From Iphione sp. A-MEVVRFRX5 (lineage: Eukaryota): 64,000 nt of DNA. Made by a program: the position numbers and the translations under genes. Below the pieces are notes generated by a model. That model saw only the letters and a program-made list of their open reading frames with translations, had not been told where the DNA came from and searched no databases. Positions 1 through 11,986 of the stretch are shown piece after piece. The stretch covers positions 35,278,001 through 35,342,000 of the forward strand of contig OZ320316.1 in NCBI GenBank assembly GCA_976226885.1, given 5' to 3'. The number at the start of each line of letters is the position of its first letter. Within the stretch, counting starts at the first letter, position 1.

Positions 1-389
1 CGAAGCGATGATGATTAGTTAAGCGGGACATCCTCGCTGCGCCCGCTGGACAGCCGACGATCTGCTGACTTCCTCTGTGCGCCTGACATTGCGCGACCTC
101 TGGGGCCGATCCCGCGGCTTCCACCCCTCCTTCCTGTGCCCGACCGAAGCGCGTGCTGAATTGGCGTCCTTAAAAATGTCGCTTGCATGCCGTCCGACCG
201 CATAGCTAGTAGGCTACCTCTACCATCAACGGCAGGATGGCCTTTGATAGACTGCATGGGTTGGCTGGCCTGGCCCACTGATCCTACACTCGGTGCCTAG
301 CGTTAAGGAAGGCGAAGCCACGCTAGGCCGTATCCGTGGTTTCACAAGGCTTTGCATAAGTTGGACTCTCTTACAGTGATTATTTCTTC

Positions 390-392
<3 letters not shown>

Positions 393-434
<42 letters not shown>
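393..434. repeat. (TC)n microsatellite
   Basis: Perfect TC run. Confidence 0.98.
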
Positions 435-437
<3 letters not shown>

Positions 438-3400
438 CACTCCTTTCTACACCTTCATATTTCCTCTTGCTTTTTGAGTGAGTGTCTTTGTGTGTCATTG
501 CCTTTCCTTTGTCTCAATCACACATGGATAGATGGTCTATAATGGATATACATGTATGTATATATTGCAAATACATGTATGAGCATAATCAGCTCTTTCC
601 TCTCGTTTCTTCCCTAAACCCTTCCTGCGTCTGCACGATTATCGCCCTATCTCTGCCTATTCTCTCCTCTCTTCTTTTACCCGAGACTCAACATATAGGT
701 TTTAACAGGGACACATCCCATAGTTTTGATATTGAGCCACCTGTACAAATGGGCGGCTCATGTTGTTAAGAAGACGAGGCTCCCAGAGGAAGGCTTGACC
801 CTGCCTCTGGTGGTTTGTTTTGTCTGACACCCAGAGGTGATGACTGCCGTGAAAGATGCCCTCCTGCTCCGGCGCGACCTCTACCAGCGGGCTAGTTCAA
901 TCATCCTCCAGGGTCCGATTAGAGGCCCTCCATTTCCTTACAGAATTCTCATACAAGTAGACCGCAGGCTTTATGTCAGGAACTCGACTCACCTTCTGTG
1001 TCCCTCACCCTGCGTACCCACTCTCTTTTTTCCTCTTGCAACCTTGGTCGACCGGCGCTCGCCACTGGCCATCCTCCTCCATCTAGCACTTCTTCTCACG
1101 CTGAATTAAACCATGCTCAACCCACCAATCGTTCATCACCCTTTCCATTTTTATCAATCATTTCCCTTTCTTTGTTAGATCAAGTTACTTTTTCCCCAAG
1201 AGAAACTCGTTGCATCAAATACTCTTGGCTGACGCGTGATCAACTTTCCAATTTCCTGTCTCTTCCACATGCCTCGGCCGTTGGCTACTTTCGTATCTGT
1301 TGTTCTCCAATTCCACGCGTATACATAGCCGTATGACCCCAGGGTCATCTGTAGCCATCCCAGCGTGTCTATCTCCCTCTAGGTAGCATGCATGATTTAT
1401 TAACCTGTCCCATGGTTCAGTCGATCCTTAACCGACCCAAGCCACATCCAAGGCCTTACCTTCCTTGCCACCACACCAACACCAATCCTCTTGTCCTCGC
1501 ACCCTCTCTCCCCATACTCCTAGCCTACCCCCCCCCCCCCTTCCAACCCACCTACAGGCTATGGCCTCACTTGCCGCCACACCCGGCTGAGCCCTCCGGG
1601 CCGGTGGTGGCCAGCCGTGCGGGCTTCTTTGGCCAAACAGCCGGAAATCCATCGGCTACAGCGTTTTACCATTTGTGCTTCGCCTTTTGTCGCGCCGACG
1701 CCTCTTACGGATGGCCGCCTGCCTGCAAACAGATCCGGCAGGCCGCAGGAGGTGGTAGAGGGGGGTCCCCAATCTGGGATGGTCCGCCTCACCCGGCGTC
1801 GAGATCGCATTGTGCTGACCAAGTCTGTCGTCGAGCTACCATCTCTGCAATCTCGATATCTGACTATCCCCTTTTTTCAGCATATTGCGCCGCCCCGTCT
1901 GACCTTTTCTTATTCCGTATGTTCTCAATACGTATATTTATCTTCCTTTTCTCTTTCAATATGCATATGTGCGTCACATAATAGTCTTAAATTGTCTCGG
2001 GTCAAACTGCTTCATACCCTTTAGCAATATGATTCTTGATGTCTGCATTATATAGCAGACCATGCATAGTTCATTTCTAATCACACTACAAGTCATTACA
2101 AATCAGAGTTTCAAGTACGTACGAACCTTTCTATAAATTTTCTCTTCTCTTTCATCACCTAGGATCATCCTTTTACTGGTTTGGTTATTTAAAGATCAGT
2201 TTTCTCAAAAAAGAAAATGTATATATGTATAAACATCAAGGATCGGATACGTTCTCAAATCGCCGTGCATAAAGACACATTATATTGATGCAGGACCGTG
2301 AATATTTACCCTCATACACATGTAATAATATATCCATCTTCAGGCCGGTTTTACACTAAATGTATTAGTTTCTATGCAGAGTCCGATATATTGTGGCTAC
2401 TGAAGCCTAATTCCCTCCTGAACTGAGCTATAAGTCACAAAAAGAGGACTGCCTGCCTCGTCAATCAAGAGGCTATACGAATTATGAAAAAATCAATTAC
2501 GGTTCCTCTGGCAAAAACAAGTTATTCATATAGTCTTCACGGTGTAATTAACTTCTAATATGCCATCGTTTATGAGGCAAATGTGCATTATTATTTTTGC
2601 TTTTGATCCCTAAATTTAAAACGTCTGAAGTACTTACAAAAACAGTACATCCACTTATCTTACTATTCACTCGAAAGAGCACTATTCCCAACCACATCAT
2701 TCATCAGCAGAGTAACCAAACTCTTATTCTTCAGTATATTCTAACAGTAGTCTCCTCTTGGGTATAACACGTCCAGTAATCGTTGTTTGTATAAACCAAT
2801 AAGTAAAAGTGTGGAATGTTTCCGCTGCAAAGAAATGCGAAACACGCACAGCTGGTCTTTCATCACGTGAATAGACTACAGTATAACTGTTCGTAGTGCT
2901 ATGTCTGAAATACAAGTTATGGAATATTTCCTATTTTTGCCGCAACCGTATGCAATTGAAACCTGTGTAGGAGATCAAGCTTTGAACTGGCCAATTTTGG
3001 TCTTTCCCACAGTTTGGTCTCATCAGGCATTGCGTCTTAAACTGAGTCTGCACTGTACGTGAAAACACCGGAACAATGTCTCTGGCAGTCATCCCAAGAA
3101 TAGAAGGATTTGGAACTTCGTGTACATTAAACTCACGTACTACTTTGGGCATCCCTTCGGATATGTCTATCTGCTTTAAGTTCCTGTTTACAATGACTGG
3201 CGCGTACCGATGAATATGAAACTGTATACGTATTCAATCCTGAGATCTGCACACCGTAGTTCATCATATCAGTGAAGGCCCCTTTCCATCCTTTAATAAA
3301 TGGAAGGGAACGAGGGATACACTCTAATAGGTTTTGGTTTTCAATGCATAGGTACACTATACATATATGTACACAAGGAAATAGGCTCAGCTAACTGGAC

Positions 3401-3719
3401 GTGACAGATATTGTCTGTCTGTAAAGAAAGGATCAATGAAAGGACATTAAATCATTGCCCCGAGGCACACTCATCTTCATTCTAATTTCCTCTAAACGGT
3501 TTCCTATTGGGTTTTTTCTTTCATTTCATATTTAATTGCAACTCATTCAGCTCTCGACTATCTCCTCGTCTCCTGCCTTATATTAATGCCTTTGAATGGC
3601 TATCGTTTCCCATTATCTTTACCCCGAGCCTACATCCGTCAAGGTAATTCCCCAGATTGTCGTCTCCTTCAGTTGAATGTCGTCTACTGTGGATGATTGT
3701 CATCTGGTTTGACGAACTA

Positions 3720-3870
3720 CGTCACGCACCAACGCTGCGTTCGCGTTACGCATGCGCACTGTCACATAGAATGATGCATGGCGGGAGTTTCCTGCCGTTA
3801 CGTGATGCATGTTCGGCCGGAAGTACGGGACGCATGATCGATGGTGGACGATCGTCGGTCGGCCGATTAG
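3720..3870. promoter_or_regulatory. CpG-rich promoter-like island
   Basis: ACGCATGCGCA (NRF1-like) 3748-3758, TTACGTGA (bZIP-like) 3798-3805 and CCGGAAGT (ETS) 3817-3824, with high CpG density. Confidence 0.5.
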
Positions 3871-5138
3871 CGTCTTTTTCCGCCAACCAACCCCCAGCTT
3901 ACTGGCTCACGCTGACTGCAATGCTCATTACCCCTCGTTAACATTCAAAGTATCTCGCTACTTATTTCTTTTGGACATGCCACTCCCTCTAACCAGGTAC
4001 TAAATGACCACTTCTGAATATATGTATTCCCATCGATGTATTTTGGTTTCACTCCTGTTCGCATTACCCGTCTTTATATTTGTCATTGTCTGTCTGTCTC
4101 TCTGCCTGTCTGTCTATCTGTCTCTCCCATTCTCTCCCTTTTTGTCTGTTCGCTCATATCTGCAAATCCCGACATATCAACTTATCAACTTTATCCCAAG
4201 AGGTAAAGACACTGGACAGTCACATAATATTAGTTCACCGGTGTAGAATGGTCAGCTTTTACACGTACCTTTGCCTGTGGTCATTACGTCGCTGTCCATA
4301 CAGCATTTGTATAATAGTCTATGTCCATTTTCGAGAACAGTGCGCAGACCGACACATTACCTTAACCCTGATGCCTAGACACAGTCCCTTAGCGCCAGCT
4401 GCGTGGCACCTTCCAAATAGATCGCCAGCTTCTCTGACCGGACCTCTGCTACATTGATGAGCAGTTACTCACTCTTTACCAACAGGCATATCGTCCCACA
4501 CTGGCCCCTGCCTTGCTACATTAAAGGCGTCTTGCCGTTTCCAGACCTGTCCAATAGCGAAAGGCTCCTAAGCCATCCCATTATATCTCATTATCTGCTC
4601 CCTCCTCCCAGCTTGTATTCTGTCCACCAACGCGCTTCTCCTCCCTCCTTTCTTCCAAGCAACCCACCTGCCCGCCCGCTTACAATGGATGACTGCGCCA
4701 AGCATCCTCTGATTGCTGGTGGCGCTGCTCTGTCGTCCTGCATGCTCACCCCCAACCATAAATGAAGACAGAGCTGTATCGTTATGACTGACCCTCTGCA
4801 AGAAAACACTGTGGCGAGGGTGGGCGGTCGGATGCAGAAACAAATGGCGGCCTGGAAGTGGTGCGGCTTTTTTCTGTGCAGTTGTCTTGACGAATCGTAC
4901 AAGGTCGTCTTCATTACCCCCGCCATGTTACCGTCTGTGATGGGAACAGATTGCAGCTGCAGAGTGAAAATAAAACCAAGCCAGTCGACATCATAGATCT
5001 CGCTCTCCCCCCCGTGATTATCCTGCCAACAACATCGATCTCTTAGTGTGATATTTTCATTGTCTTTCGTCTTAAAGACAAGTGAGGGAAAAAAACTGTT
5101 CTTTTGGAGTCTTCCATGCCACTGAAGGATGCTTTCAA

Positions 5139-5143
5139 CTCTT

Positions 5144-5198
<55 letters not shown>
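5139..5198. repeat. (CT)n microsatellite
   Basis: Near-perfect CT run. Confidence 0.97.
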
Positions 5199-5200
<2 letters not shown>

Positions 5201-6056
5201 TCCTTGGGACTTAGTCCATCATCAATCTTTGATGTAAGGAATGAAGATTATCATCTGCACCCTGAATCGTGTCCCCTACACTTAGGCCTGATTTCCATAC
5301 ATGCGGTGCTATGCATGTGTGATTCTCTGTGGTGAATTATGTCACTAATGGTTTATAGGATATCAGTGAGTTGGTTTCCATACATGCGGAGCTATGTGTG
5401 TGCATTGCTGTGCATTGATGTGCATTGCCCGTTTTGGGGCAGGGACTGTAAATTTACTGCAAACGCATGGCAACCCACAGCAGTGGAGAGTAGTGATAAT
5501 CTTTGGATCAGGTGTGCTTACCGACTTTTACCCACATTTACCCACCTTATTCCTGTGAAATTTCTCCTTTTTCATCGTTTAACTAGTGAAATTCATTCTC
5601 TCTCTCCTCTCTCTCTCTCGCTCTCTCTGTACAATCATTCATGCACACAAACGCACGCAGATATGGAACACCCCTGTGCATTGCTGTGCGGTAAAAGTAC
5701 AACGCACACAAATGCACTGGAAAGGCACACGGACGTCTCCCACACTTCACCACACTTCGCTGTAGGTACGGAAAGCGGGCCTTAGTCGCACATCGGTCAA
5801 CACACAGACACACATATATACACACACTCTGCATAAGGCCTTCTTTTTGCTCTTTCTTTCTCCTACAGACTTCACACTCTGTCTCTTGTACACATACCTA
5901 ACAATCTTTCTTGCTGCCTCTCTCTCTCTTTCTCTCTCACTTGCTTTCAGCTCTCAAGCATACACAGCCATACGCATAAAATCACTCAAACAACATTTAG
6001 GAATATCACACGATAAACCCTATTGATGGATGCTCCTCCTCTTCCATCTGTTGCAG

Positions 6057-6341
6057 ACATCAAAGACTTCTGTCAGTTCGATACATTCAACGCCACCTGT
6101 GGCCCAAACGCGGTGGTGGTGATGGAGGCGGCCCAGTATGGTCGGATGCGCTTTGGACGATGCATCGACCGCGACTATGGCTACGTCGGCTGTTCGTCGG
6201 ACGTTCTCCTGGAGGTGGACCGACGCTGCTCGGGCCGCCACTCCTGTGCCATCTCCGTGCCCGATTCTGACCTTCACAGCAAGCAGCCTTGCCCGAAGGA
6301 CCTGACGGCTTACTTTGAAGCCAGCTACCGTTGCGAGAGTG
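6057..6341 (+). CDS. Exon: SUEL-type (rhamnose/galactose-binding, Gal_Lectin) lectin domain
   Basis: Acceptor ttgcag|AC, donor G|gtgagt. Translation DIKDFCQFDTFNATCGPNAVVVMEAAQYGRMRFGRC...CSSDVLLEVDRRCSGRHSCAISV...PCPKDLTAYFEASYRCES has the SUEL Cys pattern and the YGR, PCP and Y-x-C motifs. Confidence 0.92.
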
Positions 6342-9300
6342 GTGAGTTTAGTGTTTTCACGTTGCCAGTGTGTACACATTTGCTGCAGAGTGCATTCACA
6401 TACATAGTTAAGTACACGTTATGTAATTTTTATGTGAAAGTTTTGTCATACCTAAAAGAGCATTTGAACGTTTTTGGCTGCCCATCTCAGGTTGGTAGGA
6501 TCCTAAGCAAAGGTGCTGTCCCACTCTTGGATATTGTGACTGTTCGACGGTTCGACGCCATGTTTAATTCATGATGTGGCTTACCACTAGCACTTACTAC
6601 AGTATTATTTAGATAATTCAAAGACTGCTTTTTTGGGCTTCTTTGTCAGTTGATAAGCTGTCTTTTAGCCGTGTGTTGGAGAATCTTTTTCTGGAGTCAC
6701 TGTGTAAAATATGCATACATGTTCAGATACATGTATTTGTACAGTCGCAGCAAGCAGTCTGGAATGATGGATTGAAGAAGTTGCGACAGGTAAAAAGAAA
6801 AAATTAGATCGTGGACTCCTGAAGATACATAACATATGTATGTTGGTTGGAATGGTTGGCAATATTCCGGAAATATAGATTTGCTTCACGAAACATTTAG
6901 ACAGACATGTATGTACTGTAGTTCTAGAGCCCCGAGAATCATGTCCATAGTTTCGCTGATGTTTCCTCCTTTGAAAACTCGTATAAAGTAGCTGTATTTT
7001 ATGTGTAAAAGAAGAGTATATGTTCGACAGCTCTGAACAAAGAATTATCTTTAGCACAAGCCTAGAGATTTCATCTTCATGGTATTTCTCTATGTTTGAA
7101 AATTTCTTTCTTTTCGAGGAAAACCGGTTGCTTCCATTTATGAATTCCAAGACACCTTAGTTACGATCTGGATAGACATATAGCTGGAGAGTTAAAGGCC
7201 GAGTAACCTTTTGCATCGGTTACTCAAAATTAATGAAAAATCATTTTGTATGTCTAAATTCCGGTAATTCCATTATAGTTTAACAGACTGATGGCCATGT
7301 GGTGTAGACACAAACAGAATAGGTCCGAAATCATAGGAACATTCCTTAGAAAAATGCACAAACACAGAAAGGAAACGCATCAACCATTTCTCTTGCTATT
7401 GTGAAAAACATGCCGGACGGAGCAACCTTCGTGTATGGAAACGTAAAGTTGTTTGCGATTAGACATTTTAACAAAAACAAACCCTCCTCAGATAGATACT
7501 GAGATTTATTATATAATCAGCTCATTTCTTTAGCTATTTCCCCACGGATTTATTACTCTCGTTAGTGTAAAACAAGTCACAGGAAAACTTTACTTTCACC
7601 AAACAAATTAGCCATCACCTGTTTGTGATAATGATTGAGACAATGTTTGCCTGCCACTCTCTCCAGAGAGGTAGCGTGTGGTTGGCAGCTCACCATTATC
7701 CGTCAGTCCTCCTGCCTCTCATGTCGCTCTCTGTCATTCCCTCTGTCCCTTTCCGCCCAGCAATTTCTCCCTTTAATGGCTTTATTCCACGTAGAGAAAA
7801 GCTTACTCCGGATCCAATTTCGACAAAGAAAAACGAGGAGACACAATCAGAAGCACCTTTTGATGATCGAATTGCACCTAGTTTGGGGCGTCCATTTGCT
7901 GGGCCGAATCTGCAAAGCACGACAACATCGATTATGTTTTCCGAAAGGCTTCATTTCGCCAATATCAAACAGCCTCTCGTTAAGTTGATTAAACGGGTGG
8001 GTGGAGTGGGGGTCATTAGGCGGGTCTGATGAGCAGCCGATGCTCTTGTAGAGAGCGGCGTAAATCAGCCAGAAATGAGTTCCTCACTTTTCTCAGTGGC
8101 GCTCTGTCGCGCTAAAACTATGGCAGCTCAAGAGACGAGGAAAATACACTTTAACACATATGTAGACGCGCCCTCTGGGCCTGTGGCTAAATGTCAAGTA
8201 GCACACTGGTAAAGGAAGTCGGTGTTGATATTGCAGAGTTATGTTCGTCATATTTGAATCGAGACTTGTTATTTCTAGGTCGTATAGAATTGCTGTCGGC
8301 AGTTATAACCGGTAGTAGTGGCTTGTCTTGGTAGCGTTGACTGTGGTGGTGGTGCTTGTGATGAAGTTGGAGGTATTACTGTTGGTTTCCTGAGTGGCAA
8401 CGATAGTGGTGCTGGTTTGCAGTGATTGTGCTGTTTTCGCTTGTGTAGGCGGCACGGGGAGACGATGCTTCTGGGTTTGTCCTGACTTGCACCATGTCAT
8501 TCGTCTTATCAGTGCTCGACCATGAAGCCACTTCATTGATCTCCTCCTGGGGCTACCTTCCTTCCTACGGGTCGATGGCTTCAGTGTATAACGGTGTACT
8601 TGACTGAGAGCTTTTTCCTCTTAGTTATTGTCCACCCACGCATATGTTGCAGCTTAAACACGTTCCAACCCCTACCAATACTCTGACTGTCGGTGACACC
8701 TTCTTCCCCATGTTGGCCACCTCTGTGCGATAAAGCCAGATTTAACTAAGAGTTATCAGCCAGACTAACGTCTGCATGACACTTTGTCTAAATTTTCCTG
8801 TCACCTGTACGCCGAAAGAATTTTCACTCGTCTGTTGCATTCACAGTCGGCGAGACTCTTTCCAACTGTCCGTTTCTAAAGGCTAGCAATAGGCTCTCTC
8901 CCGCATGACCGACCAAAAATTCTTTTTGCCCTTCAAATGCCCCGTCTTTCAATCGCTGGCCCTCTTCATCCAATCAGTCTCCCTTTATGCATCACTTGCC
9001 CTTACTCTGCACCAATACACAATTGTAAACGACCCCTTGAAACTTGGTCGCTTTCCCCCTTCCTCTTCGATCTGCTGTCTTCAATATTTATTAAGGCTTA
9101 GTTCGTTTTCCAAACCAACTATATGATATCGGTGAATGTTCACACGAATGCATGAACGGTGGAAACCTCTGTACCCTTTCGAACCCTTCCCCTTCTTAGC
9201 CACTTTTCCGTTTCTCACACTTCAGAGACTCCAACTCTCTGTCGAGTCTACTGTCTACACCACCTTCCACTCACACTTGCTCAACCAGTATCAGCCATAT

Positions 9301-10814
9301 CTTTGTTGATATATATCACTGCCGAGTGCCCTATGGCATAATGTGCTCAAGCATTTGGCAGAAAAAGGGATTTCTTACCACGTTTTACCTATGTGTGCTC
9401 CCTGCACTGTATCCAACGACTCACTTTGATGCCGAAGGAAAAGGATAATATGTCCTAGTGTAAAAGCAAAGAAAATGGATTCGTCTATAATAGTCTTTTT
9501 ATCGCATCCCCAAAAGAGGTTTGTGAAAGGCTTTTAATGTAAGAGCAATATATCGGTGAGAATCCAAGATTAAGAGACATTTAATAGCCGACGATTGGAG
9601 CAGTACATCATCCACTTAGCCAACTTCGGTATGGTGTTCTCAACAAACTCACAGCTCCCCCCCTCCGCCCACCTCGTGTAACTCCGCCCGCCCGCCCAGT
9701 GGGTGAGCAACTTTCCTGAGCGGCTCAAACTGCTCACTTCGTCTCACGATCGCTGATCAATACCATTTATGAGATCAATACTCAACGATTATTTGCGCCT
9801 TGGCGTCTTCTGATAGGAGCGCCGGGTGATGCTTATAGAAGGGAAGACTGTATAAGTGAGAGAAAGAAGACAATGAAACGGAGTCCACACGGGTAAAGAT
9901 CTGTCTAGACAGACACCTCCACCTATCTACATGTGATTGCAAAGTATCGACACCTCTCTCAATGGGCAGGGATAGTATTGTCTGTTGACTGTCGGAAATA
10001 TCCCAAATAAAGTCCATTAAAACTGTTTTCGAAACGAAATACCTCGATGAAAACATTAAAGCATGTGAACTAAAAGACTCAGACGATCAATTCCCGGAAA
10101 TTATCAAAACAACTCTTTTAATTTCATCATGCCACGGGCCGTCTCCTCTTTTTAAGGGGGACAGCGACATCCAATTCCATTGGTATTTATTATGCATCCC
10201 ATCCTATTTCCAGACAACATTTTTATTTTGAGGTTTTGAAGTAGTGTTCTTTTTTAGGAGTCTGGTTCGATTCTGCGCCCTGGGCCACATGCCTGACGGG
10301 TCCCGAATTAAAACGTCGGTTTAGCCTGGACCGTTGTCACGGCACTGTCAAAACCTGGACTTCCGGAGGGGAGAAGGGCGGGGTAAGAAGGGGAAAGCCG
10401 GTGTGTGTTGGCAGATATGCTATGGGGTAGGATTTATCCCCTGCAGCTCAGACATGCTCTGCGCCCTAACTACACAGCCTTCTAAGTGCCCCTGTCCTCA
10501 AGCCCCTCCCCCTTACTACTCTGAAAGCCTCCCAGCCATACTGCCCACAGGGACGGGGACGGGGTAGAAAATGATGTGTATGGTGGTTGTCACCATCCGT
10601 GAGGGGTAAACTTGGGAAGGATGGGCCATGCATAGGAGGGAGGGGGGGGGGGCTTTGACTGACTGGTTGGTTGGTTGCTCTTCCGGCGGGGCCCGGGGAT
10701 AAACATGGCAGCCCCCATGAATGTTGGTACCCACTTCTGGTAGCGCATGTCGATGGCAGGCGCGCCGGGAATCAGCGGATGTCACGTTGAATTAAGCCGT
10801 TCTGCCGGCTGGCC

Positions 10815-10828
10815 GCGCCCCCTGGTGG
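10815..10828 (-). promoter_or_regulatory. CTCF consensus site
   Basis: Reverse complement reads CCACCAGGGGGCGC, an exact match to the CTCF core. Confidence 0.7.
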
Positions 10829-11754
10829 CCCGGGGGCGGCACGCACGTGGAGGCCATCACTTACAGGAATTGCTCAGAGCGCATTCACATTCATCCGACG
10901 CCCGTTTGTATATTCATTGCAGTCGGGGCTGCAGAGATGGCTCCAATAACCCGGCCATATAACCACCTGGGATGACGAGGTGAGGTACATATAAAGACAG
11001 AACACTACAAAGGTTCAGTAATACACTGTCGTTCTGACAAGGCCCGGTGGAGGAGGGGGGGGGGCGTATGTGATCACCTCACCATTACCGAGCGCCTTTG
11101 CCAAAAGGGGCGCGCGGCAACTCGTTCTGCTTTAATCCATTAAATATGACCCTGGCCGACTCCCGAATGGCAGGCGTGTGCACGGTTTAAGTCGCTCTCG
11201 TTTCCGTCGCCCATCGTTTACTAATCGGATTGGCGGCTCCGATGACTGATGGAGCGAAAGACAAGCCGCGCCGGGCGCCGTCAGAACCGCACGGCTGTCG
11301 ATGGAGAGATCTCCACCGAAAGTCACCTCTGATCACATGAATTGCCGGCGAAAAGCTCATCTTATGCCACTTTCGGTACACCACTGACCCTCAGACCCAG
11401 TGTTCCATGGTGCATAAATGTGCCCCTCAGTGGCGCGTATACAGATACCGAGACATACCTCTATCTATCTATCTTTCATAATTCTTCCTGATTCTCCGAT
11501 GTTCCAATTCTGGTGAATTCTTATTTTCCCCCTTCCTGACCACGGATTCCTGATACATTTAATTCAATTTCAATGCGAGATGTCGTTATGGAAGACACAT
11601 GCCATGGAGATGTATATCAGTTGCTTGGATACTACAACATTGGACTTTTGCGACATATATAAATATAATACTTATATGATTACATATATATAGCCTCCTC
11701 CTCGTTAATCTAATCATGTCATGAGTGCATTTCTTACACACTTACACTGATATG

Positions 11755-11986
11755 GTCAGAAGAACATACAGAGAAGAAATAACATACAGAGATTACTACT
11801 GGAAGGAAAAGTTAATGGAAATGATGCAGAGGAAAACCTAGAGCAGAATGGATTGACAACATCATGGAATGGAGTGGAATAAAGAAATATGATGATTTGA
11901 TTAGGAAGGCACAAGATCACAGAAGCTGGAGGATCATGGCAGCCCACCTTCATGATGAGGAGGGCACCCAATGATGAATGATGATG
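11755..11986 (+). mobile_element. 5'-truncated RTE-clade LINE with target-site duplication
   Basis: Encodes, with one frameshift, NIQRLLLEGKVNG/RGKPRAEWIDNIMEWSG...RKAQDHRSWR, the typical RTE ORF C-terminus. Ends in a (TGA)n tail. 11-bp TSD ACACTGATATG at 11744-11754 and 11987-11997. Confidence 0.9.

Noticed and set aside
22-75. HDV-like ribozyme look-alike (AGCGGG / TCCTCGC / CCCGCT-GG / CTGAC)
   Set aside because: There is no room for the P2 5' strand between P1 and P3, and P3 has only 2 bp, so the nested double pseudoknot cannot form.
2995-3030. Minus-strand hammerhead-like CTGATGAG...GAAA
   Set aside because: Stem II lacks its closing pair, and no stem III/UH or stem I is present. At most a degenerate relic.
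4689-4787. Signal-peptide-like frame MTAPSIL*LLVALLCRPAC as the missing first exon
   Set aside because: In-frame TGA at 4710 and no suitable phase-1 donor. No SECIS or readthrough evidence.
6020-6379. Antisense ORFs over coding exons (also 20563-20844, 29085-29459, 31068-31586)
   Set aside because: Expected shadow ORFs of GC3-rich sense exons, with no domain content.
7860-8030. C/D snoRNA-like boxes (TGATGA...CTGA; also near 8 and 837)
   Set aside because: No terminal stems, D'/C' boxes or recognisable rRNA antisense element. Such short motifs occur by chance.
8303-8536. Thr-rich mucin-like ORF on the minus strand
   Set aside because: Best explained as decayed (ACC/ACT)n simple sequence; no splice support.
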